From Nymphaea colorata (lineage: Eukaryota), in NCBI RefSeq assembly GCF_008831285.2, contig NC_045138.2, positions 14,260,001 through 14,324,000 of the forward strand: 64,000 nucleotides of DNA, in the 5' to 3' direction. The position numbers and the translations under genes are program-made. Below, piece by piece: positions 26,111 to 39,100 of the stretch. The notes beneath the pieces are model-generated. The model was given only the letters and a program-made list of their open reading frames with translations, did no database searches and was not told the DNA's origin. Position 1 is the first letter of the stretch. Each line of letters begins with the position of its first letter.

Positions 26111-29100
26111 TCAATTTCTGGATGCCTCTGGAGTGATCATGGAGCTAATTGACTTGTCATCCTTCCTTTCAGAAGAATTGCGACACTTCGACCATTCCTC
26201 CAAACTCTTGCGATGAAGAGCATTCATCCTTATTGAAGGCCTCTGCTTTTTCACAATCTTCTCTGCTTCCTTCCAATGATCAGATACACCCAAGGCAACT
26301 AAGAGAGCGGAAAGAACACACACACTTCTTCCATGACCTATAGAAGATTACAGCAGACCATGGGATCAGGCGATGCAAATAACAAGTGATTCTATTAGCC
26401 AAGTCATTCCACGCACACAATCCTGTAAATAGAGAGAGACCCCGTGAACCAGCCCTACCAACTTGAGGGTGACTACTGTAATAACGAAACGTACTGATTC
26501 AGATGCCAAACCCTCACCACATGGGTTCCCAATAGGAAGTCAAAAATTCACCTATCCAAAAGCAACGGGGAAACTAAATATCTGAATTAGGAATTCAGCT
26601 AGACCCATACATCAAGCTTCCAACGTAGTGGCACATGGCTTTAGCTACATAGTCTATGACTGACTTAGGAATCCAACTGCAAGAATTTGATTTTCATGTC
26701 TAAGAACGTCTACATGACCTGCCTCAGGAAAGCAAACGCCATATAAGACCACCAACTTTAAACATGATCGAACTTTGTTTCACCAGCTTGAATGTGAAAC
26801 TTAGATATCAGGGCTACGAATTCCCACCACCGATCTGCACCGCAAGGACAAAGGCTAAAGGACATTTCAAGCAATTGTCCACTGCTGCACTAAGAGCCAT
26901 CTACTGCAGAAGGGCACAAATATAAACCCTGCAACAAGCACTTCAAAATTCCAGAAATGCGCAAGTCAAACTGGCAGTCTCCACTAATTATTGTCACACA
27001 TAGACAACATCTAAAATTTTTTCCATGACTTCACATATAGTGCAGATTCTCCCGTACTACAAATGTGTTGAAGTGTGCAGCCAATCACTCCATCATGACC
27101 TAAGACAAGCATGCAGTATGTAATGCTGCATCCTACGCACAAACATGTGCATCTATTTCAAATATTCCATCACTGATTTTTATGGTTACCTCTAGGTCCA
27201 GGAAGCCCCAAAATGGTGTCCTTGCCTCTTAGTCCAACCTATCAACTCAATATATTGTTATCCTAACCAATGACACTACCAAGGAGTTTCAAAGGTGATC
27301 TATCATGCTACTGCAATCCGCTACAACTGTTACATACATCTTGCAGAAACAAAACAGAGCACTAGGAGACAACGTAAACAGAGAAGCATTACCAAGAAAT
27401 GCTCTGCACAAAGGAGACACTGTTTCCCTTGCTGGACATTTTCCTCAAAAAAGACTGGGATAGAAGTTGAGAATTTAGATCCTTCCCAAAGTGAGTAAAA
27501 TCTATGTCAGATAGATGCAAGCATGGATGTGGTTACGGATGTCAATTTTTTCAATATCAAAAGCAAAATGAAATTCAAAACTGTTATATAGCAAAAGCAT
27601 AATTGCTTTGTGAGACTAAGCTAATCAATACGTGACTCTTTCACCCATGTGACAGAACTATACCAGCACCCAACCCAAACAGGTGCAGTAGCCTCTTAGA
27701 GAGACTGTGATGTAAGACAAATATTTTACATGTGCAAAGTAGCCTCTTAGAGAGACTGTGATGTAAGACAAATATTTTACATGTGCAATATCTAGCTTCA
27801 TAAGATTAGATATACTCATCTTATGGTGTAAGAGCATCAAACATGATCGTCGCTTTAAACTTGTGATGAAACATCAGGGATACAAGAGCGAGTTTCAACA
27901 GACAACAGTATTTCGATTCCTTTAACTGACACTAAAAGACATCTGATTTTTCATCAAGAAACGCTGCACAAACTTGTCTAATCTGGATAAAGACTAAATG
28001 AAGGCTCATGTTCTCATTCTGATTGAATTCTCTCTCTGGAGGGGAGAATGTAAAGAAGGACGAGGAAAACATGACGAGCGTAAGTCAGGGAATTTTGAAA
28101 CCAAAGATTGCGGCAAGGCTCCAGAAGAAGGTACTGCAGGACAATTTTGCAGGACCGACGGTACATGGAGTGTTACACGGAAGCAGGGACATACCAAGAA
28201 AGAGGTAACAGGCTAATATGTAATTTGACGTTCAACATGCTTTTAAACTCCCTATTCGAGGCACAGAATCCAAACAGATCAGCAATTACAGGGTGACAAT
28301 TTTGAACTATAAACCACCAGAGGATAGAGGTTAACTTAATAAGCATATTTCGACCTTGATCAGGGAAAGGGTCCTACATGGAGATGCATACGGGCAAGGG
28401 GAAATTTCAACAAATAAAATATCACCCTAACAATTACATCATAAAGCAATTATGACTAATAGAAAATACTAATAAACTTTAACTGTCTTACTGAACACAT
28501 AATTACGCCTAACGAAAGATTAACACGATCTGCTATACAAGGAACAAGCACGTTAAGGGAAAAGAAAAACCAACCAAACGCAATCCGTAAAGGGAAGCAA
28601 ACTCACCGAATGCGCAGTGGATATAGACGGGCTTACTTTGAGCCCTCTTCCTACACGCCCATCGAACGGCCAGCTCGATCTCGGACGGCTGCGGCGCCCT
28701 CGTGTCCCAAGTCGGTATGCATATATACTCATTCTTAGAGAACAAACTGCTTCTAGGAAGCTCGCAAGTGCAATCCACAATGGCCGGATCTCCCGGAGGC
28801 GCAGAATCAAGGGGAGAAGGCCATCCCCCAACATAGATACCATCGATTATTTCATTATAGAGCGGTTCCCTCCTCTTCAACCTCCTGATGAAGACGTATA
28901 TCCGAATCAAGATCAGGTAGGGGCCGAAGAGGATAAACGACCATAAAGGGAAGCTGCCGTCTGGGTTCTTCCCCAGAAGCAATGGAAGGTTCAAATACGG
29001 ATGGGAGGCGATGGAAATAAGGAATGAGGCCAAGGAGGCGTGCAGGAAAGGCATTGAGAATGTAGTTGGAATGATGCTCCTCAGACCAAGGAAGGCGACC

Positions 29101-29144
29101 AGCAAGACAGTCGCCTTTGCTCCAACCAACAGAGAGATGCCCAT
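26111..29144 (-). CDS. Dual-specificity phosphatase-like protein with hydrophobic N-terminus (YnbD-like); exons 29144-28607 and 26337-26111
   Basis: ATG at 29144 gives MGISLLVGAKA with predicted TM stretches, followed by YVGGWP, VDCTCELPR and PTWDTRAPQP. The catalytic loop HCAFG|HGRS (HCxxGxxRS) is reconstituted across a GT-AG intron. Exon 2 reads VCVLSALLVALG...WKEAEKIVKKQRPSIRMNALHRKSLEEW. Confidence 0.88.
27687..27788. repeat. Tandem duplication, 2 x 51 bp, in the phosphatase intron
   Basis: 'agtagcctcttagagagactgtgatgtaagacaaatattttacatgtgcaa' starts at 27687 and again at 27738. Confidence 0.95.
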
Positions 29145-29221
29145 CAATTTCCGCAGGATTTCCACATCCTACCTTCTCTTCTGGATACCCAACTTTCTTT
29201 TTTTCAAGTGTTCTCTTCCGA

Positions 29222-29326
29222 GTTTCAACCCTCTCCCTCTCCCTCTCTCGTTTCAACTCTCTCCTCTCCCCTCTCCCTCTCCCTCTCTCGTTTCAACTCT
29301 CTCCTCTCCCCTCTCCCTCTCTCTCT
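29222..29326. repeat. Pyrimidine-rich compound tandem repeat (~3 units) upstream of the phosphatase ATG
   Basis: 'gtttcaac(t/c)ctct...ctccctctccctctctc' is repeated. It is GA-rich on the coding strand. Confidence 0.8.
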
Positions 29327-32300
29327 GTATGTACAGATTGTGGACAAGGAACTCCGTTTCTCTCTCTCGGGTGTGTGGCAATGCTTGGAGAATGGATGTA
29401 GATCGTTAGATTCCCACGACGTATAAATGTAGCCCGTCGATTATCAGAGCGAATATGTTGCACAGAGGTTGACCGTTTACTACTCCGTCGCGTAGGAAAA
29501 GTGCGGTTACAAGTTATAACCGTTCACGAAGACCCAGCGCTATATTGAATAAGAGGGTTTTGCACGATTCGGAAGGCCTTGTTCTGAGCCCCAGGGGCTA
29601 ACCTAAGCTCCCTCGCACTTGCTCCAGAGAAGGTTCTCGAAGTGGAAAGAGAATTTGTTCGGGTTTTACATTAACGCCGCCCAACTTCCCTCGTCCAAAC
29701 GTAGTTTTTTTTTTTTTTTTTGGCTTATGGTCAAGGCATTGAACCATTTCCTTTACACCAGATGCGATTCTCCCTTTCTTCTAAATAAATCCAACAACCT
29801 ACTTAGACGTCAGAAGCTCATGTTCAGTTTATAATTAAGAAACAACGTGGCACCCACTCTCTCAATCCCTATTTTTACTACTATCAAATTGAAATGGTTT
29901 TGTGCCTCTTACTGCGTCGACAAATGGGCTTGCTTGGCCAGAAGCCGCTGGAATCAGGTCAACTTTCAATATGGGTCCAGTGAGGATTGTAGACGACCCC
30001 ACTTGAGATCCATTCGAGCAGGATCGAGTTTAAGGCTCACAACCATGCAATAATGGAGTCAGGCCACCTTTTCAACATGGATCCAACGAAGATTGTGGAT
30101 CGACTCAGTTGGGATACATTCATGCAGCGTCAACCTTAGGGCTCACAATGCTTCAAGAAATGAAGGTGCGCATAAGCAAGCAGAGTTTTTGCTGATTATT
30201 ACCAAAATTCTCCACGATTAGCTCTTCGCTTTTTTAAACTAGAGTAACAAATTTCAAGAAAAAACACTATCAAAATAATAAATCAGGCAAACATTTTGCT
30301 TTTAAACACATTTACACAATCAAATCTGATGAGAACCACTTAAGTTGAAATTTTTCGTCTCGATTGTAACTACAATGGGCTAAAGAAATGCATCCTTCAG
30401 AAAGGGTATAAAAATGTTAGCCACCGCATAGAATAGGAGTGGGTTGATAGCTGCTAACTTCATGAGATCGTTATTGACCAAAAAACGTGATCTAATTGGA
30501 AGCCAGCCTAAATTTTAATGGCAAGCATTCTGTAATTCGACACTGCAGCTTGTCGTCGAGCATAAGGTTGATGAAATGGGAAGATCCGAATGGGAACGAG
30601 AGAGCACCCAAGTTTTTTGCATCAAAGAAAAATTAGAAAAGAATATGGTAAACACGCATACCTTCTGAGTAGGCAAATTCAACACTTTCTAGATAAACTT
30701 GATCTTTTCTCTCACCAAAAGAATACCGATAGGATAACGTTTCGGGGTAAAAAAGGCACATAAAAGAAGTTATTCAAGCACAGCAGAATCTCAACCCACA
30801 AGCTGGTTGCTCTTCTAAAATTTTGCCAATCGAGAAAAAGTTAATGTGAAGTGCAGGGGAGAATGAAATAGGAATAGAGAATAACCTAAAACAAAATTAA
30901 CGGAGAATAGAACCTGATACATCAAACATAACCCCAGAAACCCAACTCAAGTAGATCTTTACAGATTATCAATCATTAAACTAGTGTGGAACTATAGATC
31001 TTTTGATACCCAGCAAGGTTATGTTGCTCAAGAACAAAAGAGTCGGAAGGCGGCCAGATCCAGCACCTTGGTGTCCCGATGACGATAGAAATCGTGTCAG
31101 AAAAGGATAAAACTGAAGCATCTGTAGTAGCATAATGCTTGCTTCCTGGGCATATACTGATGATGGAAGCGCTTGCGTTTGTCACTATTCATTCGCCCAA
31201 CCAGGAATGCAGCCTAAGCAAAATGGGCATTACAACCCTGATTGTAGCAAAAAATTAGTTCTCACATAAATTCATCTTACCAATGTACGCTACAAGCAAA
31301 TAATTGATTGACTTTTAATCAATTCAGGTCTAAATTATTTCCTTGTAACTAAGAAAATATGAACAAGAGAAATACTAATACAACTAGAAGTAGAATACCT
31401 TATCAAGACATGCAGAACATGATTAATTGAAGTTGGCTGAATCAGGAGGCATTACATGCAAGACAACTTAGAGGACCTAATAAAGCAGAGATCATGGCGG
31501 AAACGTCGATGGCCATCATCATAATGTTACCCCATATACCAGTCAAGGTAGGATGTGCAGGTTAACATTATGGCATGATCACTTAATAGAAGAAAGAGGG
31601 GGAGAGTAAGACAAAAAAAACATCGAGAGCATACTTCCCCAGCCACACTGGGGAAAAGGGAAATATCCTGGTGAGTGGTAATGAAATGTCTACTAACTTT
31701 GCATCAGCAAGAACATGCAGAATTACAAAATCCCATCAAAACAAGACATTGGGAATGTCAATCACAAAGATTGATGTGACGTGAAAAATAAATTATATTC
31801 CCAGAATATAATCATGAAGGGAAATGGTGTTGCAAAGTCAAAACCTAACGTATCAGCACTCTCCAAGTGGGAAACTACCATGTACTGAAATTCCTCAAGC
31901 AGATAAATATGTCGTAACAACAATTCCCCCACGGAAAGAATGGTTAACATGCTTGGTACAACCCAAAACTATATGAAGTACAACTATTTTTGTGAAATTT
32001 AGTCTACTCTTTGTTCACATGTCTTATGGGACACCATCATGACATACCTGAAAGTAAGCAACGCTTCTATTTCTCTTCTTTATGCTTTTAGATAACACTT
32101 TCCATAATTTTTTGCAAAACAGAATGAAACTGGTGATCCATCCTTGTTTCCACATTGCATGGATTTGAATAATAGAAGACAGTGGAACAAGATATCACCA
32201 GAACATACAATGATAAAACAACTAAAAACCCACATTGACAATGAAAATAAATATCCTAAAAAAGAAAACAGAAACACTCACCTTTTCTTCACTCCAGATG

Positions 32301-32656
32301 GATTAGCATCTACCAGATCCATATTCCAGAGAACCAAACCGTCCAACAAATTGGCCTACAAATATAAAATAAAAGAACAAGTAGGAATTTTTAGGTGGCA
32401 AAAGCACAATGGTAATATGTTTTCCAATTCGAAAAATCAATATAAAAATTTCAAAAGATAAAGCAAAATTACACGCTGTCAGCACATTTACCTCTTTAGA
32501 TCGAAAAATGAATTCTTCCAAAGTCTACAACCGTGCTCAAAAAGAATCATAGCATCGACACCTCAAGTGAAAAGCACATCATCTTCAATCAAGCATCATC
32601 TATGTCTCTCCTCTGTGTGTGTGTGTGTCTAAACACATTTATATATATACATATGC

Positions 32657-32659
<3 letters not shown>

Positions 32660-32741
<82 letters not shown>
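32660..32741. repeat. Compound (AT)n(AG)n microsatellite
   Basis: Directly visible in the sequence. Confidence 0.95.
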
Positions 32742-32746
<5 letters not shown>

Positions 32747-33165
32747 TTCTTAATTGGCACAAAGAACTGCTTCATACATGAGACTTACAACAATACAAAT
32801 TCTAAAGAAAAAAAATATCAGTATTATTAAGAGAAATTAATGTACAAGTAGCATGGCACTAGGCTGACAAGTGAAAGGCTACAAGACTCGGCAGTTAGGT
32901 AATAAGATATAATCAACGTTGGCAGAAACCAATACCTGGAAGCAAATATTTTCAAACGAGATAGGACTTGAATGGGGTTAAAAAGGGAAAACAAAAAATT
33001 ATCACGATGGAAAATACCATACTTGCTTTACAAGTATCTTAAAAGAATGGCCTCTTGACTATACAAGCTCTAGTGCATGTGAGGTGGATAACTTCGCTAG
33101 ATGGTTAAAATTTCAGATACATTTTCTGGAACCTAATACCATGCGAGAGGATGTACAGCAGAGAA

Positions 33166-36100
33166 TCAGACAACTTCTGACAGATCATCCATAGGAACTT
33201 CGAGGCCTTCGAAATCATTGTCATGGTCTTGCATGACATCATCTGGACAGCTTAGCCAATTACCCAAGTCTTGGCTTTGATCAACAAGATCATCAGTAAC
33301 ACCCAATTCTTCTATTGCAGGCAAAGGCAAATGTGTAAGGTCAATAGCTCCTTCAGGATCAAGAGGATCTTGAGCAACAACAACAGAAGGGTTGGGTAGG
33401 ACTTCTTGGACCTTGGTGCTCTGACTTACAGATGGTTCACTGGATTCCTTTATGGAATTGAACATGGGACTTGGCACTTCAGAAGGCCTACTACAGAGAA
33501 GACCGTTCACAGCATTTGATAATTGTGCTGTTTTCTGTCTAGGTTTTGTCTTAGTTTTGCGCTCACCCCTGACACTGCCTATTGTTGGTCTACCAGTTTT
33601 TGTTACAGAGTTCCTTATCATTCCCTCTCTGTTGTGATCCCGATCTCTTTCACTCCTCTTTCCTTTTGCTCCACCCATGAGACTACTGCTGAGGTTTGCC
33701 GTACCCCTTGCTACATTGCTTACAACAGCATCGAGTGATAATTCCCTTTTCTTTCCTCGGTTTGGCCATGGCTCATCTTTACCAAAACTTTGGTCTGACG
33801 AATGACCAGCATGTTCAGATGCACCAGATAAATCTTTGTTGAGACTATGGGGCCCACAATTCTCGATTGATATAGCACGACTAGAAGCCAAGACACCTGC
33901 AGAGTAAGGCAAAAACAAAAACCAGAGAAGGTAAAGGGTTGAGACTCGAGCAAACAAACAATGATACATGTGAAATGCAGAATATGTAGCATAAGAGATC
34001 GAAGTATATGCCTGTGGCCTTAGACTCATGTTGACTTGCTGGAGACTCAAGGCATGGCTTGAGAGTAAGGCCATCCTTAGTACTATCCATGCATTTTGTG
34101 TCAGAGCTGCATGCTGGTGCAGCCAGAAATCCATCCTCGAAGAGATGTTCACTAAAGCAGCTTGTACCCGTCTCATCATATTTCTTGCATCTGGCAAGTG
34201 TCCGCTTAACAAAAGATACAGCAACTTGTTTAGATATCTTACTGCCTCCACTTTTATGTGATGCATTACCACCTCGACAAGCCTGTTTGAATAAGAATGA
34301 GAATGAAGCACCAACAATATAAGTTTCATAATGAGTGCTTTAGCAAAAGACAGTCATAGTAACAAAATAAAGCACAACTGATATGCAAAGAACATAATAC
34401 TGCTTAAGATAACACTACCAGCAACTTTTATGTTTTTGAAACATAAGATCTCAAGAAAGTTTCGAACAGCATAAAAAAGACAGTGGAGTTTGCAAAAAAA
34501 AAATGTTAAGAGTCCAAATAGGCAATATCCCTCTCTAAGTTTTCCCGTGAAATAGTAGCATTCTTATCTGATTCATCCTTTTTATCAGTGCTTCCAGTCA
34601 GACATAAATACTTCTCATAATGTTTCACTTCAGGAGCTATTGAAGCATTCCAAAATGAACAAATTGATAGTGCTGCAAGCCTGCAACAAGCCTCCCAAGC
34701 TTTACAAATCCACAATGTGTCCGCTTCTGCCATAGATCAAGCCTATGTCAAAAAAGCTAGGCTTGAAATGTCAGTCAAGGAACCCAACCCGACCTCAGAC
34801 ATTTAAAGGGTGGCCAAAGGATGAAGCTTCAGGGATCATGGGAACAAGTGACATATAAAAAGCTACCCTAATGTCTCCAACCAGATCAACTTCAGGTCCT
34901 GCATTCTGCAGGTAAACTTTGTTAGTGGACTTCGTGCACCTTAGGTGACTGAAAAGACCTTGTCATCTCTAGTATGGCTTTCAGCAATACAGAAAATAGA
35001 GCCGAGAAGCCAGAAAAAGTGTCTATTCATGTTAATATAAATCTTTATAATACTATTGCAGTCATGATGGACAGGATGGATCGTCTCTTGGTAATCCACC
35101 AAAAGTTGTGGTTTCACAGGCAAGAAGCCACCATCTTTGCTGCTTAAACAAGCAAGAACAGAAACAGATGTCATACGGAACCAGCATGCCACATACATAT
35201 AGCGTCATAATGAACCAGCATGCCATAAATATGTAGAAAGCATGAGGTAAGGATGAAAAATACATTTAGAAAAAGAAACATCGTGGTAACAGGCTAGTCA
35301 AAAGTTTCGACACACAACACAAGAAAATGAAAATAACTGAATCTCAAACCAATATTTGATGAAAAAACTGTGAAAGAACACAAATCAGAATAATTTACCA
35401 TATGCTTTTTGTATGCTACATCCACAAGCTTGTTCAATGCCAGACGTTCAAGATCCCTGCAAAATGAATTGTAGCAAATGCTAAATGATACTGTAGAGTA
35501 GGAAGGCGTGAAAAATAAGCACATCAAACCTTTTTTCAAGCCCCCTTGCTCTAAGAACAGCCTTCTCCAATTTGTACAGCTGGCTTTTCTTTTTCTTCAC
35601 CTGCCAAATGGGTAACATAAACTATAAAATAACTAAAAAAACAGAAGAATATCCACAGATAAACTGAAACTACAATTCAAGTAAGATGCAAGAGTACATT
35701 CATATTATATAGCACTTGAACTTATTCTTCCACATGACAAGCCAAGAACTTCTATGAACATGAATGATATGGAAGAGGTTTTCCTTTTTGTATTTTTGCA
35801 TATTGAAGAGTTTTTACAATGTTCCTATTTTGGTTATTTCTATTGGTATGTTATAGACTTAGAATGCAATATTCAATCAGGGCAGAAAGCAGTTGATTGA
35901 TAATATGCCAAATTATGGAAAGAACACAATATACATTCAAAAACTCACGAAGAAGACCTAGATATCCTGGCATGTCCAACTGAAGTATGCACAGCACAAA
36001 TCCATTACAACTAACCTGATGAAACAAGTCTTTTTGAAGTTTAGAGAGATCTTTAGTGATCTCATCATCTTCCCCTTGTGACAGACCAGGCTGAAAGAAA

Positions 36101-39100
36101 AAGAAAAAAAATATATATGAAGATATAGTAACATCAACTTGAACCACCTCAATGACCTCATTAATATCTTAGAGAGAAACAGGAAAAAATCACAAGCACA
36201 GCTGCAGCAATGGATTGGAAAGAGAAATACTATCATAAGCAAAAGTTCCATATAGATATTTCATAGAAAGAAATGCATGTCGAATTCATTGAACAACAAA
36301 ATTCACATCAACACACTCAAGAGCAAACAAATAAACTGCTTAATGATCAACAATCCAATTGTAACTGGATAAAATTGGAACAGGAAAGGGAAAGCAACAA
36401 TAATAGAAAAGAACATTCTTCCCTTCCATACCGTATTTGGGTGTGTAAAATAATAGCTGGTGATGAGTATGAACTGAGGAGTTATGAATACATAATAGGA
36501 GGAAGAAGTTTGGCTTTATAAATCAATATGCATGGACAGCACCCATAGATCTTATATTAATTGGATGAAGCGTCCAGATTATTCTGATACTTGGGGTTCT
36601 TATTGTTTAGTTGTCAATAGATTGAACGACACTTAAGAGTACACAAAATTATACCTTATCATGCATGCAAAGATCCAGCATCTAGAAATGATATGACAAA
36701 TCAAGACTCTTTAACACACATGAGATAGTTGGAACTGTTTAATAACCAATAAATTGCAAGCAATTTGTCTACAGAGCAATGATGCCTATTGATGCATGTC
36801 TGGGTCAACTCTACGTAGCCTCTGACCATGTATAGACATTAAAAAACCATTTCCAGAAATAAATCAAAAGTTAATCAAATCTAGCAGCACAATTGTGGTA
36901 GTATAATGAAAAAAATGATGACATCAACCAAGAAGCAACTAAAACATGGATTGCCAGATGAAACCATACTATCTGAAATATCTTGGCCATTGTATAGCTG
37001 TGATAGTGTAATCAATTGCTTAACAACATCACAATTAAAAGAAACCCATTCGTGACAACAAAGTACTGAGTGGGTGCCAAAATTGCCATTTACCACTGTT
37101 TCTGGGAACAATCCAATACTTTGAAGCTCCAACAATATCCTGTCATCCAGTGACATCTGCTGATAACAGCAATCAACCAAAGTGATACCAGAAACATCTG
37201 TTTGAGTAGGCTGCAATCCATTAGCTCTATGCTGCTCACCAACATCAGAATGTGGAGTGAAACAATCTTGCTGCACCACTTCTTCTTGATTTTTATATGC
37301 TAAATTATGTGTTTTTGGGCTTCTAAAACCATTTGATATAGCGCTTCCATCACATGAGAAGTTGTCATGGGAATGATACCTATGATTCTTTAGCTCCCCT
37401 TCAGACTCAATTTCAAATTTGATTCTGTCCATGCCTCTGGATTCATTATGGATATGATCAGAAGCACCACAAGGAGAAAAATCACTTGCATAATGATGAT
37501 TATCTTTGTCGACTCCCTCAATTTGGTTAGCTTCACTAATATCATCTTCAACAATCAGAGCTGCAAGAAGCCTCTGTGAAAGAGGAATGATCTTCTCAAA
37601 CCAGCTGTTAGTTTCTATTGTCCCATCATCTACATCTTGTGATTCATCAATAGAACTCACTTTCCTGCCCAATCCATTCAGTATTGCTTCATTTGACTGA
37701 ACTGGCTGTTTCTCTTCACACACAATGTCAGGAAATGTTGTGAATGAATCAAGAACAGACTGATCCTGGCAAGATTGAAAAGAAAACTTGATCATGACAA
37801 GCAAGAAGAAAAGAATTGTTCACACACTCAGACATAAAGGCACAATATGACAATGGAAAATTATGGGCAAAAAAGCAATATTACAATTTTTTTTTAATAA
37901 CAAGCCAAACTGCAAAAGACTTATAAGTAGAACTTCTAGTGCTTAAAAGTTTTTACTTTAGTGTAATTATAATGTCCAACAGGAACCTTCCTGAAGCATT
38001 TACACTACACAAAATGCTATCACATGATTGATTTTGTAGGTCTTATACAAATCCGTGATTATGCAAGACCGTATTCATATATTCTCAAGTCAAATAATAA
38101 ATAGCGACTATTTGTGCAGTTGTGCCTAGTCATTATCTTGACAAGATATAGATCAAGAATTGAGTTTCCTAGGACTTTTGGACTTCCAATTTAATCACTT
38201 ACAGGAGTCCACATTGTTTTTGTGTCTAGCATCCTGATTAGTTTATACTCTATATGTTTACAATATTTCTTACCATTGAAGAATATGTAAACTATCTTTC
38301 ATGATTCATCTTTTCATACCAGCAGACGATCAATATAGATATATACACACACATTCATCTCAAATGATACATAATTGATTTTATTCGCCTTACAAGAATT
38401 CATTGTAGATATTATTCTGAATTCAAATAATTTCAGATACTGGTATCTGATCATTGTTCTGACAAGATAAAAAAAATGACAAGTTCGAGTTTTCAGTAGA
38501 ATCAGGAACATGAGTCAAGAGTTTTTTATATGACCATAATGGGCGGTTATCATTTATCTCGTATTTGAAAGTACTCAATCATTTTTCTTAGTATCAGAGT
38601 TTGCAGTGTTTTCCAGAAAGACATCAGCAGGCTGCATTCCTTTTTACTCTTGTTGAAAGCCTAGCAGAAGAAGAAATAACATTGGGAAACTATATGCAGG
38701 AATGACATAGGCAGCATTTTCTTCATTCCTGTAGCATGGCAAGACCTGCATCAATGTCTTAGATTTACACTCCATAATTGTTCTTACACAGATGGAATTC
38801 TACCTTCCAAAACTGCAAGCATAAGTCCAACCTTTAAAGTTTAAAAGCTTATTCTGGAAATTAAACTTTTAGGTGTTTTATGTTTTAAACCTTAAATAAT
38901 ATTTAAATTTAACACAATTCCATAAAAAAGAAGTTGACAAAGTCAGATAGTTGGTTTAGAATATGTAGTTATCCATATGAAATGAATGACAATGATCTCA
39001 TTAGTATTTTGCATTATAATCCACATATCGGTCGAAAAGCTTACTTAAAACCTGACAACATCAAAAAGTTCTTGCAACACTTTTTTTGTCAAACCAATGA

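Noticed and set aside
23120..27788. Short direct repeats as a CRISPR-like array
   Set aside because: These are unrelated two-copy tandem duplications without spacers, in a plant nuclear context with no cas genes.
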